Positions 46,958-56,543 of a DNA stretch of 56,543 nucleotides are shown here, piece by piece (the stretch's first letter is position 1; the number at the start of each line of letters is the position of its first letter). Source of the DNA: a virus. Taxonomy: Duplodnaviria > Caudoviricetes. The stretch lies in IMG/VR virus record IMGVR_UViG_3300031999_000024, positions 1-56,543 of that record; one strand, 5' to 3'. The notes under the pieces are model-generated. The model made no database searches, had not been told where the DNA came from, and worked only from the letters and a program-made list of their open reading frames with translations. The position numbers and the translations under genes were made by a program.

Positions 46958-49147
46958 TTATGGTGTGCACGAGACGCAATATATGTCATAATCAATTAAT
47001 AAATTGATAATAACTCTTGCATCGTCTAATTGTGTCGTTACTGTAGGTTGACAACTTGTTCCGCTAGTTAAACAACCACTTTTTATAATTACTTTATTTA
47101 TCTCAATATTTGTCTCAACCGAACTAATTCCTGAAAACCCATATAAAGTGTCCTTAATCACATCCGTCCACTCGTTGTCAGTAGGATAATCGTCAAGTCC
47201 TGTTGAGGTGTAAAATAAACTTTGAGAATTAACTCCATCAACAGTGACATCAATTGTGAATGTTGCGGAGCTTAATATACAATTTGTATCTCCTGATGTT
47301 AAATCAAAGAAACCTTCATTAAACATTTGTTGAACCCCTCTCCTACCAAGTACCCCACTATTTTGGAAATTACTGTCACAAACTGAATATGTTTGGTAAC
47401 TACTTTGTAATACTGTCCCAAATAAACTAATTGTTTTAGTTAATGAACATCCATTATCATCAATGACTTCTAACGAATATGTTCCGGCAGTTAATCCCGT
47501 TACAGTGGATCCTGTTTGTCCATTAACATTAGAACTCCAATTTAAAGTGAATGGTGGTTCTCCACTAGTAATTAATGTATTTAATTCACCATCATTACCC
47601 GAAACTGGTTGTGTTACGAAAAAATCAAAATATACAGGTGATGATGCGGTTACATATGTGGTTTCCGTTTGTTGACATCCACCCGCATCTGTGACTGTTA
47701 CACTATAAAATCCTGGAGATAAATTACTAAATGTTGTCACAGGTCCAGCCGGAAATCCTGTGATTTCATAAGTGTATGGTAATGTTCCCCCACTTGACGC
47801 TAAAATTTGTATTGTCCCATTATTAAACCCACAAGTTGTCCCCGTAGTATTTGCGGTAATAGTATATAAATTAGTGTTATTAATTTCAGTAGTTCCTGTG
47901 TATGTACAAACACCATTACTAATAGTTATTGTATATGTATCTGAAGATAACGGTGGTGAATTATAATTATTACCATCGGTAGATGTAGTTACGGTATTAC
48001 CTAAAGAATTTATTATGGTGTATGTGTAAGTACCAACATTACTACCCCCATCCAATTCAATAAATATTTGCCCATCATTATTGTTACAATTTGAATTAAC
48101 CGTGCTAATGTTAATTATTGAGAATCCATTTGGTGTTAATAATGTTGTTGTTTGTGACGCACTACATAACCCCGCATCGGTAACATTAACGGTAAAATCA
48201 CCTGAAGATAACCCCGTAAATGTATAACTATTTGAGAATGTAACCGCCACAGATCCGTTTGAACCCGAAAAATAAAATGGTGCGGTTCCTCCTGTAAGTT
48301 GTGCGGTTACCTCACCATTATTTGAGAAACAACTAGGTGCGACAATCGTAAAATTAACAATACCTACCGGTAAAACTTGATTTACCGTTATATTTGTCAG
48401 TGTTTTTGAACACGACAATGAATCAGTCATAGTCACACTATACACGCCACTTGTCAATCCTGTTACGGTTGATCCTGTTTGCCCATTAGCGTTAGAACTC
48501 CAACTATATGAATATGGTGGTGTTCCTGTTTGTCCTGTGACAAATATTTTTCCACTACCATCAAGGGCAACGCAACTTCCATCATCTATCACATAAACCC
48601 CAAAATCAACCGTTGTTGACGATTTTATAATACAACTTTCACTTTTTCCTGTGCATCCACCCCCATCATCACCTATAACATAATATGTTCCTCCAGATAA
48701 AGGAGCAAATGTGTAACTACCTAATGTGGTGTCACCACTTAACTGATATCCATTTGTTAATTCATATAGATACACTTTACCACCACCATAATTAACAGAA
48801 AATGTTGAGGTTAATGATCCATTATTAGTCCCGCAGGTTGTATTTGTTTGTGATGATATGGATAAACAACTACCTGTAGATATATTAAAATTTATTATTG
48901 TTGATGTCGGTCCAGGACTTAAACAAGAATCCGTTATTTCCAAACTGTATGATCCACCCGTCAAACCACTAAAATAGTATGATGTTGTAGATGCCGAAGT
49001 CGGTAATAAACCCGACGAAGTTAATTCCATAACCGAATATGGAGGTGCGGTGCTACCTGTAATATCAAACGACACTACCCCCGACCCATTACTTGAACAG
49101 TCACCTGTTACAAAATAATTATATACAAATGGTAAACCACAACTCAT
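46958..49147 (-). CDS. SprB-repeat-containing putative virion protein
   Basis: About seven repeats of the type C...NG.I....GG..PY.Y.W......TGL..G.YSV..TD..GC. Confidence 0.82.
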   Translation of the reverse strand: MSCGLPFVYNYFVTGDCSSNGSGVVSFDITGSTAPPYSVMELTSSGLLPTSASTTSYYFSGLTGGSYSLEITDSCLSPGPTSTIINFNISTGSCLSISSQTNTTCGTNNGSLTSTFSVNYGGGKVYLYELTNGYQLSGDTTLGSYTFAPLSGGTYYVIGDDGGGCTGKSESCIIKSSTTVDFGVYVIDDGSCVALDGSGKIFVTGQTGTPPYSYSWSSNANGQTGSTVTGLTSGVYSVTMTDSLSCSKTLTNITVNQVLPVGIVNFTIVAPSCFSNNGEVTAQLTGGTAPFYFSGSNGSVAVTFSNSYTFTGLSSGDFTVNVTDAGLCSASQTTTLLTPNGFSIINISTVNSNCNNNDGQIFIELDGGSNVGTYTYTIINSLGNTVTTSTDGNNYNSPPLSSDTYTITISNGVCTYTGTTEINNTNLYTITANTTGTTCGFNNGTIQILASSGGTLPYTYEITGFPAGPVTTFSNLSPGFYSVTVTDAGGCQQTETTYVTASSPVYFDFFVTQPVSGNDGELNTLITSGEPPFTLNWSSNVNGQTGSTVTGLTAGTYSLEVIDDNGCSLTKTISLFGTVLQSSYQTYSVCDSNFQNSGVLGRRGVQQMFNEGFFDLTSGDTNCILSSATFTIDVTVDGVNSQSLFYTSTGLDDYPTDNEWTDVIKDTLYGFSGISSVETNIEINKVIIKSGCLTSGTSCQPTVTTQLDDARVIINLLIDYDIYCVSCTP

Positions 49148-52100
49148 TAGTTACATAGTAAATTAAAATTTATTCCAATATTGAGTTCAAAACTTTGAAC
49201 AATACTTAATGGGATACAAGTATTATTAAATACTGTAAAGTTTGTTTCATCTTCATTTAAATAATAACTTAACCCATATGTTTGTAAATCAACAAAACTG
49301 TTTTGTATTCCGTCCAACCAATTTTGATTACTTGGAACTGAAAGTGCGTTATTGTAACCCACCCCATTAAAGAATGGGTAATTTATTATATCACTACCAT
49401 TGAATTTAACATTTACATACCAAGTAGTTTGTAATGTGTTCATATCACAATCGTTAAATGTTAATCCATTTGTCGCTAAATAACTGTTTAATGTATTACC
49501 CAAAACTCCACCAAATGAATTGATTTGTGGATTTGTATCCCAAGGATATACAGAACAACTTACCGTTTGAATTGGACAATCGTATGTAAATAATTGTCCT
49601 ATTAGCGTACAAGGATTACAAGGAACAAGAACTAATTGACAACCCATTTGTCTTCTCCACACATATTTTTGTCTGTGGAATATTGAATTTTCGTATTTAG
49701 TTCCGGCATTCCATATTGTCGTCGCTGGTACCATTTGTTCAATTAATCTTATCCAATAATCACCAATACCGTTCACATAATCTATCATTGTTTGGTAAGT
49801 GAAATTATCATTTTCAATTCCCGCTAATGTTTGTGATTCAAGATATTTCCAATAGATTGATTGTAATGTTGGGTAACCCCCTGTTTTACCATCGGTAATA
49901 AATTGTCTATTTCTAACATTAATTGTGTTATGCCAAAAACTTTGAGCAAATTCAAAAAATGTTTTTTGTTTTGGTTTTGGTATAATTTCAGTCCAATCTA
50001 TACCCCCTCTTTGTGGATATGGTGTATTAGGATTTGGGTTACAATATGTTGGTGCAATGTAATTCAATCCTTCTTCAGGTATTGGGTAATTATACTGTCT
50101 TGACATATTCCATACATCATACACAAGTCCTTGAGCCGGATTCATAAAAATGTCAATGTTTTTAACATTTAACACCAATCTATCATCCTCTGTGGGATAA
50201 TAGGCGGTGAATCCACCATCTGAACTTCTTCTAATTACTTCATTATTTACCACCCAACTTTTCTTGTTATCAGGTGTTTTTCTTAATTTAAACCCTAAAT
50301 CCATATATGGAAATTGTTTAAATCTCTGTAAATATTCTTCACCATAATTAAATGGTTGTAATGTTGTTTGGTAATCAGGATTCGCCCCTGTAAACACACT
50401 AGTTGTCAAATTAATCTGTGCCGGCATCCTATGTTGAGGTGTTGATTCAATCCAACCTCCACCAATTTGGAAGAAGAAGTTATCACTTTCCGCTGGCATG
50501 CTTGGGTAACCAAAACTATCTATAGGGTAATCAACTGTCGTAACTGTAATATCTTGAGTCGTTGTACTAGTTGTAAAACCGGTATATTGAACTCCCATTA
50601 TTGAATAAATGTCTGTGGTATCTAACACAGGTGTATCCTGAACATAAGTTCCTCCCGATATTTGAGCGTATTGTTCCCCAAATTGAGTAAGATTAACTCG
50701 TTGATCGGCAACATAAACATATTCATTAAAATCCGTAATTGCGTCAGGAGCCCCTATCAATCTTAATAACATTTCAATTGACTTCCTTGTCCCTTTGGAT
50801 TTGAATAGATATGCTGAATTTAATATTAAATTTCTATAATATTGGTAGTTAATTTCTTCAGGTGTTTGTCCATTAGACAGTCCCGTAAATGTGTTTTCAC
50901 CACTTGAGAATACGGAATTAAGTAACTCTTCATTAGTGATTGGTGAGATATTATCTTTCCATCCTAATGTTTGTGCTAAATTCTTTAAAAGTTGTGATGG
51001 TATATCATTTTTAACAGTGTAATGAACCGAATTCATATAAGCCAAAGCTCCTATAAATTTCTTTGTTTCATCAAAACTTCTACCATATATTTGAAGTAGT
51101 TTTTCAACTTTCTGATCTTGAGTATCAAATTCTTTGATTGCTCCTGTAGTTAAAAATCTTGAGATTAAGTTAGTTCTATACTCATCCAAGTTTTCCGCAA
51201 TACCACTTAATTTTAATAAATAACTATTAAAATCGTTACCACTAATACTTAAATTCCATATACCCCCTATTGGGAAAGTAGCAACTTCTTGAGAGATAGT
51301 ATATGTCCCGTCATCATTTTCTACAGGTTTGCTGAAATATGCGGTATATTTTGGGGTTATTTGCCTATTTAAAAGGAAGTTTTCAACCTGATCAAAGTCC
51401 TCGTTAAACACTTTATTCACATAATAATCCGTTGGTCTTATCACAATTGAACTAACAATATCCGAAGCCCCATTAAATGGATTACCTTCAACATATAACT
51501 TCAATGTTGTGTCCGTATCAGTTGTTGGTGTCAATGTATTGATTGGGTAACTAACCCCCTCTATGATTACTTCGTATTTTGAATATTCTATTGTTAGGTT
51601 TCTCAATGGAGAAACTGTAACTTCCCTTAATGTTAAATTTCTTGTCGCATTTACACTAAAATCAATATCAAACGGATTACGAATTAGATATAATGGAATT
51701 TCAAAATAAGTTTCATTCTCAATAACATCATACGATGATGAAGTCACAGTTTGCCCTGTAACAAATCTTGTTGTTGACGATAAAACTTCTAACGCCGCGG
51801 GAAAGTAATTAATTATTTTAGTGATTGACACCGAGAATCTTTTCGCTAAAGAACCATAAATTGTAAAATTTGTAATTTCACTTAAATCATAATTTGGGTA
51901 AACTTGGAAGTTCTTACTTACCAATAATTTTGATTGTTCAATATCATTGATATTCATTGATTCCAACGAAATAGGGTCAGAGAACGATCCAATTGAGAAT
52001 GTTCTATTAACTTTTTCTGTCACATTAGTTGTGAACTCAAAGTTTGCTTGAGTAAAACCTCCACCGTCAACCAATTGGAATCCGACAAGATTGTCTGAAA

Positions 52101-52152
52101 AACTCCCTTCTCCGCTAGCCTGTGGTGGGCAAGTATACTTAATAATCGCCAT
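49147..52152 (-). CDS. Putative baseplate wedge or tail protein
   Basis: LLKNLAQTLGW and YLFKSKGTRKSIEMLLRLIG resemble P2 gpI/baseplate-wedge motifs. Confidence 0.65.
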   Translation of the reverse strand: MAIIKYTCPPQASGEGSFSDNLVGFQLVDGGGFTQANFEFTTNVTEKVNRTFSIGSFSDPISLESMNINDIEQSKLLVSKNFQVYPNYDLSEITNFTIYGSLAKRFSVSITKIINYFPAALEVLSSTTRFVTGQTVTSSSYDVIENETYFEIPLYLIRNPFDIDFSVNATRNLTLREVTVSPLRNLTIEYSKYEVIIEGVSYPINTLTPTTDTDTTLKLYVEGNPFNGASDIVSSIVIRPTDYYVNKVFNEDFDQVENFLLNRQITPKYTAYFSKPVENDDGTYTISQEVATFPIGGIWNLSISGNDFNSYLLKLSGIAENLDEYRTNLISRFLTTGAIKEFDTQDQKVEKLLQIYGRSFDETKKFIGALAYMNSVHYTVKNDIPSQLLKNLAQTLGWKDNISPITNEELLNSVFSSGENTFTGLSNGQTPEEINYQYYRNLILNSAYLFKSKGTRKSIEMLLRLIGAPDAITDFNEYVYVADQRVNLTQFGEQYAQISGGTYVQDTPVLDTTDIYSIMGVQYTGFTTSTTTQDITVTTVDYPIDSFGYPSMPAESDNFFFQIGGGWIESTPQHRMPAQINLTTSVFTGANPDYQTTLQPFNYGEEYLQRFKQFPYMDLGFKLRKTPDNKKSWVVNNEVIRRSSDGGFTAYYPTEDDRLVLNVKNIDIFMNPAQGLVYDVWNMSRQYNYPIPEEGLNYIAPTYCNPNPNTPYPQRGGIDWTEIIPKPKQKTFFEFAQSFWHNTINVRNRQFITDGKTGGYPTLQSIYWKYLESQTLAGIENDNFTYQTMIDYVNGIGDYWIRLIEQMVPATTIWNAGTKYENSIFHRQKYVWRRQMGCQLVLVPCNPCTLIGQLFTYDCPIQTVSCSVYPWDTNPQINSFGGVLGNTLNSYLATNGLTFNDCDMNTLQTTWYVNVKFNGSDIINYPFFNGVGYNNALSVPSNQNWLDGIQNSFVDLQTYGLSYYLNEDETNFTVFNNTCIPLSIVQSFELNIGINFNLLCN

Positions 52153-53060
52153 TATCCTGTTATATTTGTAAAGTTTTTAGTAAAATCAATATTATTTCCT
52201 CTGTCCTGTCTAACCTCATAAAGAAGTTCATTGAACTGATCTTTAATTTCGTATAGGTTGTATTGTTTGTAAATATTATTATCACTGTCGTAAATAGTGT
52301 AGATACCATCGTCAATAGATTTGGTTTGATTACCATAAAGAGCAAGTGCCAATGTAGATATATCGTGTTCAACAATTTCAATCTCCGTTGTTACAGGGTT
52401 GAAATAAGTGTTAGTTATTACAATATCTTGATTTGGTTGTCCGATGAACGGTGTTGCATTTGGTTTGTTAGTCGGTGATGATGATGGTGAAAGCGTGCAA
52501 AACACTAAATTAGTGGTGCCTTCAGTATATCTATATCTAATTGATTTTTGTGATGTATTTGTAAGATTTTGTATTACCGGTTCACAGTAAAAAGATGAGG
52601 TTATCATTCTGAAAAAATTTGGAATTTTAGTCCCATCAGAATTTAAGTATTCAACTCTAAACCCGATTAATCCCTGATTTACAAAATTATTTCTGAATTG
52701 TGAGGGAACATTATTAACATCAATAACGATACCCTTAACATTTGGTAATGCTGATAAAATACCACAATCTGTTATTCTTGTTCTTATCTCTGCAGGTCTA
52801 ATATACAAGGTATATATCCCCAACTTATTAAACACATCAGCCGGAAGTTTTAGGTTATATAATCCGCCTAAAATTTCAACATCCGCATTACCTCCAGTAG
52901 TGTTATTATTAAAATAAGGTCGTAATATTGTTTTTGCGTCCAATTTTGTCAAAACGAAATTATCTGTATCATCCCTACTTGGTGTATAATTCAAAATGAT
53001 GTCTACATCATCAGGACTAACATCTGCGGGTCTAATTGTCCCATACGATCCACTCGCCAT
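52152..53060 (-). CDS. Putative structural protein
   Basis: 302-aa ORF in the structural block; TATTTATA at 53095-53102. Confidence 0.72.
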   Translation of the reverse strand: MASGSYGTIRPADVSPDDVDIILNYTPSRDDTDNFVLTKLDAKTILRPYFNNNTTGGNADVEILGGLYNLKLPADVFNKLGIYTLYIRPAEIRTRITDCGILSALPNVKGIVIDVNNVPSQFRNNFVNQGLIGFRVEYLNSDGTKIPNFFRMITSSFYCEPVIQNLTNTSQKSIRYRYTEGTTNLVFCTLSPSSSPTNKPNATPFIGQPNQDIVITNTYFNPVTTEIEIVEHDISTLALALYGNQTKSIDDGIYTIYDSDNNIYKQYNLYEIKDQFNELLYEVRQDRGNNIDFTKNFTNITG

Positions 53061-53109
53061 TATTAATATCTTTTATATTGTTTATCGTTTTAAATATAAA
53101 TACCTAAAA

Positions 53110-54282
53110 TCATTGTTTTTCTACTTTAAAGAAATTATACCCATATTTAGTTAAGTCCCCAACATTGTCAACTTCACCTAACCTCTCAATATATTCTAAA
53201 GCAGACATTTTACCCCTTTCTATGAATATGTTGGATTGTATTTCAGGTTGATCTATAACATTGATTAACGCCTCATTTTTTGTTATTGCAGATAATACCA
53301 AATCATCTTGAGTAAATCCAGAAGATTGTATAACATATAATGTTGTCCCATCAGGATAATCATAATAGTCAACACCATCTATTGTATATGCAACATAAGT
53401 TCCACTTGGATCCGGACCCCAATATGTTCCGACAGTATTTGATGTTCCCGTTACTTGTATTCCAGGTTTAAATTTACCTTCCGCCAACATATATTTAGGC
53501 CCATATTGTTCCAAATCGTTAATTGATGATTGAGTGTATCCTGTTATAGTGAAAGGTACGGTAGTGTAATTATAACTGTAGAAATCGTTTATGTTTGTAT
53601 TGGAATCTCCCGTAAATATGTATTCGTAATTAAATGAAGTTGCCGACCAATTACCTCCCGCAGGTGTGAATGTTGCAACACCAAATGGATCCAAATTTGG
53701 AACAAAGACAAAAGGAACTGTTATTGTTTTTGACACTTGAGATATACCCCAAGGCGATGTGGCAGTCATTGTTATCGTATATTGATTACTACCCAATGGA
53801 TAATTGTGTGATAGTGGTGCGGTTCCCGTTATTGTTTGAATTGTTGTCCCGTCACCCCAATCTACCTTAAATGTTGTTAATTCTAAAAACTTTTTAAGTT
53901 CCACATCCGATGTATTGTAAAAATAGTAGGTATATGGGCTCCCTGTTGTTGCAGAAAACATAAAATTAGTGATAACTTCTTTTTGTAATATCGCCCCATC
54001 AAAAACAGAATAATAACCGTAATCAATACCTGTTTGTGTTAGTAGAATCGGAATTGTTAACCCTGTCAATATTGATGTCCCACCTGAAGCTCCCGATAAG
54101 ACATATGTCATTCCGGTATACACACCTGTTGATCCTGTTAATGTGTTTTCGGTAATTCCCGTTATAGGGCAACAAGGATCAATATCGTAGATATAATCAG
54201 TATCACCAGTGTAGTTAACCGTAATTAAATCCCCTTTTATGTTTTCGGGTGATATTTTAAAATAATACTTTTGTTCAACCAT
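53110..54282 (-). CDS. Putative structural protein with a PKD-like domain
   Basis: VDWGDG...HNY...YTITMT. Confidence 0.72.
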   Translation of the reverse strand: MVEQKYYFKISPENIKGDLITVNYTGDTDYIYDIDPCCPITGITENTLTGSTGVYTGMTYVLSGASGGTSILTGLTIPILLTQTGIDYGYYSVFDGAILQKEVITNFMFSATTGSPYTYYFYNTSDVELKKFLELTTFKVDWGDGTTIQTITGTAPLSHNYPLGSNQYTITMTATSPWGISQVSKTITVPFVFVPNLDPFGVATFTPAGGNWSATSFNYEYIFTGDSNTNINDFYSYNYTTVPFTITGYTQSSINDLEQYGPKYMLAEGKFKPGIQVTGTSNTVGTYWGPDPSGTYVAYTIDGVDYYDYPDGTTLYVIQSSGFTQDDLVLSAITKNEALINVIDQPEIQSNIFIERGKMSALEYIERLGEVDNVGDLTKYGYNFFKVEKQ

Positions 54283-54286
54283 TTTA

Positions 54287-55102
54287 TTAAGGATTTACAT
54301 ATTCAAACCAAACAATTGGATTGTTCTCCAATCCTACTCTTTGTATGTTATTATCAGTTCTATACGCCTGATATGTTTTATCATTATAATTTAAATTAAC
54401 TTTGTAATAAAAATAATTATCTCCATTAAAAGTATATGGATTTGGTATTTGGAACTGTGGTTGATTCACCATAGTTGTATATATACCGGTACTTCCATTA
54501 AAAAATTTAGCCGACATATAAAATTGGGATATGTTAATAAAATTTTGTTTTCTTAACCAATAAATAAAAAACCCTTCTTTATCCCCAATGAAATCCAATC
54601 TCATTGTTGGTTTTTTAACATCAACATTTGGTAATAATGTGGATATTGTAACAGATTCGGTTAATCCTTGTTGGACGGGTAAAATTATGGTAAAATACAA
54701 TGTTTGATTTACAGGATCCGTGGTATCATAAAAATCCAACTTAAAGAATGATTTGGTGAATGGTTTACTATAATAGTATAACTCTTTTTCGGTAAATCCT
54801 GCAGTTAAATAACTACTTACATAATTGGTAATATTTGCCGATGGAATATTTTGAGGTAATCCATTGTAAAAATAAAACTCATAATTTAATGAAGTTTTTA
54901 GAACATTCAGTATTTGATAATCGTTATGTGAAAACCTATCAACCTCAAAATCATTCGGAATTCCAAGAACCTCACTTAAAACAGTTTTTTCATATTCCTC
55001 AATACCACCGTCTCTACCCCCAAAATCCCATTTAAGTTCTATTGGAATGTCAATTTGTTTATCGTTAGTTGGTATTACTATTTTATATTTATTCACACTC
55101 AT
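54287..55102 (-). CDS. Putative structural protein
   Basis: 271-aa ORF in the structural block. Confidence 0.72.
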   Translation of the reverse strand: MSVNKYKIVIPTNDKQIDIPIELKWDFGGRDGGIEEYEKTVLSEVLGIPNDFEVDRFSHNDYQILNVLKTSLNYEFYFYNGLPQNIPSANITNYVSSYLTAGFTEKELYYYSKPFTKSFFKLDFYDTTDPVNQTLYFTIILPVQQGLTESVTISTLLPNVDVKKPTMRLDFIGDKEGFFIYWLRKQNFINISQFYMSAKFFNGSTGIYTTMVNQPQFQIPNPYTFNGDNYFYYKVNLNYNDKTYQAYRTDNNIQRVGLENNPIVWFEYVNP

Positions 55103-56543
55103 CTATTGTTGGTTTGGCAATTTCGTTTATGAATTGATCACCAATTTGACTACCTTCAGGTATTAATCTAAATATGTTTTCGGTAAATGGATAGTGTTTA
55201 CCATTTATAAAAGGATAATCCACACCGTTTCCAATATCGTCAATAAATCCAAAATCATACAAATCTCTCCATCTAAAACTATTTGATAGATTTGAGTAGA
55301 ATGAATAATCCGGAATCCCAACGATTAATTGAGCATCCCCTTCTTCAATATAATCAGAAAAACTTCTAATCACAATAGGTTTATGTGGACGATAATAATA
55401 ACCCAATTGGTTGGGGTTATTAGATGTTGTATTTCCCGTTAGATTAAATCTTAATGAATTAAATGTGAATTTGTGTAGTATGTTTGATACTACTCTTTCT
55501 ACTTGATTGTAGGAATTAAATTCACAAAAATCCCCATCAATTATATCGCCAATTTGTAAATTCTCGGTATAAACAAAAGGACCAATGGGTGGTGTTGTTT
55601 GACTAAAATAAATTCCAATTGGTAAATTTGTATCCGACGATGCGTTATTAACATTCCACCAAGGAGATGGTTGGTTATTAACCAAAGGTAAATTAAATGT
55701 AAAACCTTCTTTTAATGGATTTGTCCATCCAAAATAACCTTTCCATATGGTTGTAAAATATAACTCACTTAAAGGTCTTTTTTGATTATCAATTAAATCT
55801 GTAATATCAATATCGGTATTAAAAGTTAGGGTATATGCTTGTCCTCCTTCCTTTACGGAAGTTCTAGTAAGATTGTTAGGGGTTAAAACCGCAGTTTCCA
55901 ACTTACTTTTTGAATTGAAGATGTTTTGTTCAAATCCCGCTTTAACTAAAACCGCATTCTCCGAACTTGTAAGAATTTTATGTCTTCTAACATAATAAGT
56001 TGACATTGTTTCTCCTGAATTTGCATCATTTATTACCTTTTTAAAGGTACCGGTAACTCCTTGATTGAATGTTGCTCCTATATAACCAATGTTGGTAATG
56101 TTAAAAATATATTCTTCACTACCAAAACCTGCATCACCTAAACTTGACACTAAAAATAGTCGTTCCCCAACATAATCAAATGACAAATAAACATAGTCAT
56201 TAACATTTAACCCGTGTGGCATGACACATCTAAAAGATATTACCCTAGCGGAGTCATTACTTCCAACAGAAATGATAAATGGAATCCCATCAGATGCAAC
56301 CCAAGACCAAGATGCGGTTGTTTTGTTATCAACCGCTTCTAATTGTTTATTTGGGTTATTATCATACGCATAACTCATATAGTGTGTCCAATTATATGTG
56401 GTGGCACTTTTATTAACAAAGGTTAAATGGTTATTTGGCGGTTGAGTATATCCAGGATTATTATTATCCGTTCTAATAAAATCAAATTCAAAATATTGTG
56501 GATATCCCTCCCAAGGTAAATTTGGGTTTACGGTTGCACTAAC
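55089..56543 (-). CDS. Putative structural protein (partial, begins beyond window end)
   Basis: The frame stays open for 55 codons upstream of the track ATG at 56378 (VSATVNPNLPWEGYPQYFEFDF...). Confidence 0.75.
   Translation of the reverse strand, partial: VSATVNPNLPWEGYPQYFEFDFIRTDNNNPGYTQPPNNHLTFVNKSATTYNWTHYMSYAYDNNPNKQLEAVDNKTTASWSWVASDGIPFIISVGSNDSARVISFRCVMPHGLNVNDYVYLSFDYVGERLFLVSSLGDAGFGSEEYIFNITNIGYIGATFNQGVTGTFKKVINDANSGETMSTYYVRRHKILTSSENAVLVKAGFEQNIFNSKSKLETAVLTPNNLTRTSVKEGGQAYTLTFNTDIDITDLIDNQKRPLSELYFTTIWKGYFGWTNPLKEGFTFNLPLVNNQPSPWWNVNNASSDTNLPIGIYFSQTTPPIGPFVYTENLQIGDIIDGDFCEFNSYNQVERVVSNILHKFTFNSLRFNLTGNTTSNNPNQLGYYYRPHKPIVIRSFSDYIEEGDAQLIVGIPDYSFYSNLSNSFRWRDLYDFGFIDDIGNGVDYPFINGKHYPFTENIFRLIPEGSQIGDQFINEIAKPTIDECE

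Noticed and set aside
5307-55035. Many short ORFs antisense to or nested in long genes (e.g. 20552..21010, 24582..25094, 32352..32873, 45519..45908)
   Set aside because: They overlap well-supported genes and have the composition expected of shadow frames.
1-56543. Complete diversity-generating retroelement
   Set aside because: No reverse transcriptase ORF and no template/variable repeat pair could be found in the window.

Overview
AT-rich segment of a large dsDNA tailed phage, probably a jumbo myovirus infecting Bacteroidota/Flavobacteria. The host call rests on TTTG-N19-TAnnTTTG promoters, a Bacteroidota-type sigma70, an Hc1-like protein and SprB-type repeats. Most genes are on the minus strand. 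About 1-36 kb mixes DNA metabolism and host-interaction genes with a lysis-like block and acidic putative head/internal proteins. These genes include three DNA methyltransferases (one beside a putative restriction nuclease), free-standing LAGLIDADG and GIY-YIG endonucleases, thioredoxin, glutaredoxin, DnaJ, sigma70, SbcC/SbcD, a PD-(D/E)xK nuclease and primase. About 36.6-56.5 kb is mostly virion, tail and adhesin genes plus a RuvC-like resolvase. The best-supported highlight is an SbcC/Rad50 gene broken at its Walker A motif by an atypically split intein (29-aa IntN, 122-aa IntC) with no endonuclease in between. Other highlights: paralogues whose hypervariable C-terminus lies between 22-23-bp direct repeats; a 60-bp LRR array with adenine-biased variation; a shared TATTTATA promoter plus MKIxITE leader module on unrelated cargo genes; a promoter- and terminator-bounded structured ncRNA candidate; and an attC-like hairpin. 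No reverse transcriptase, Cas gene, tRNA or rRNA was recognised. All calls come from reading motifs by eye; no database searches were run.
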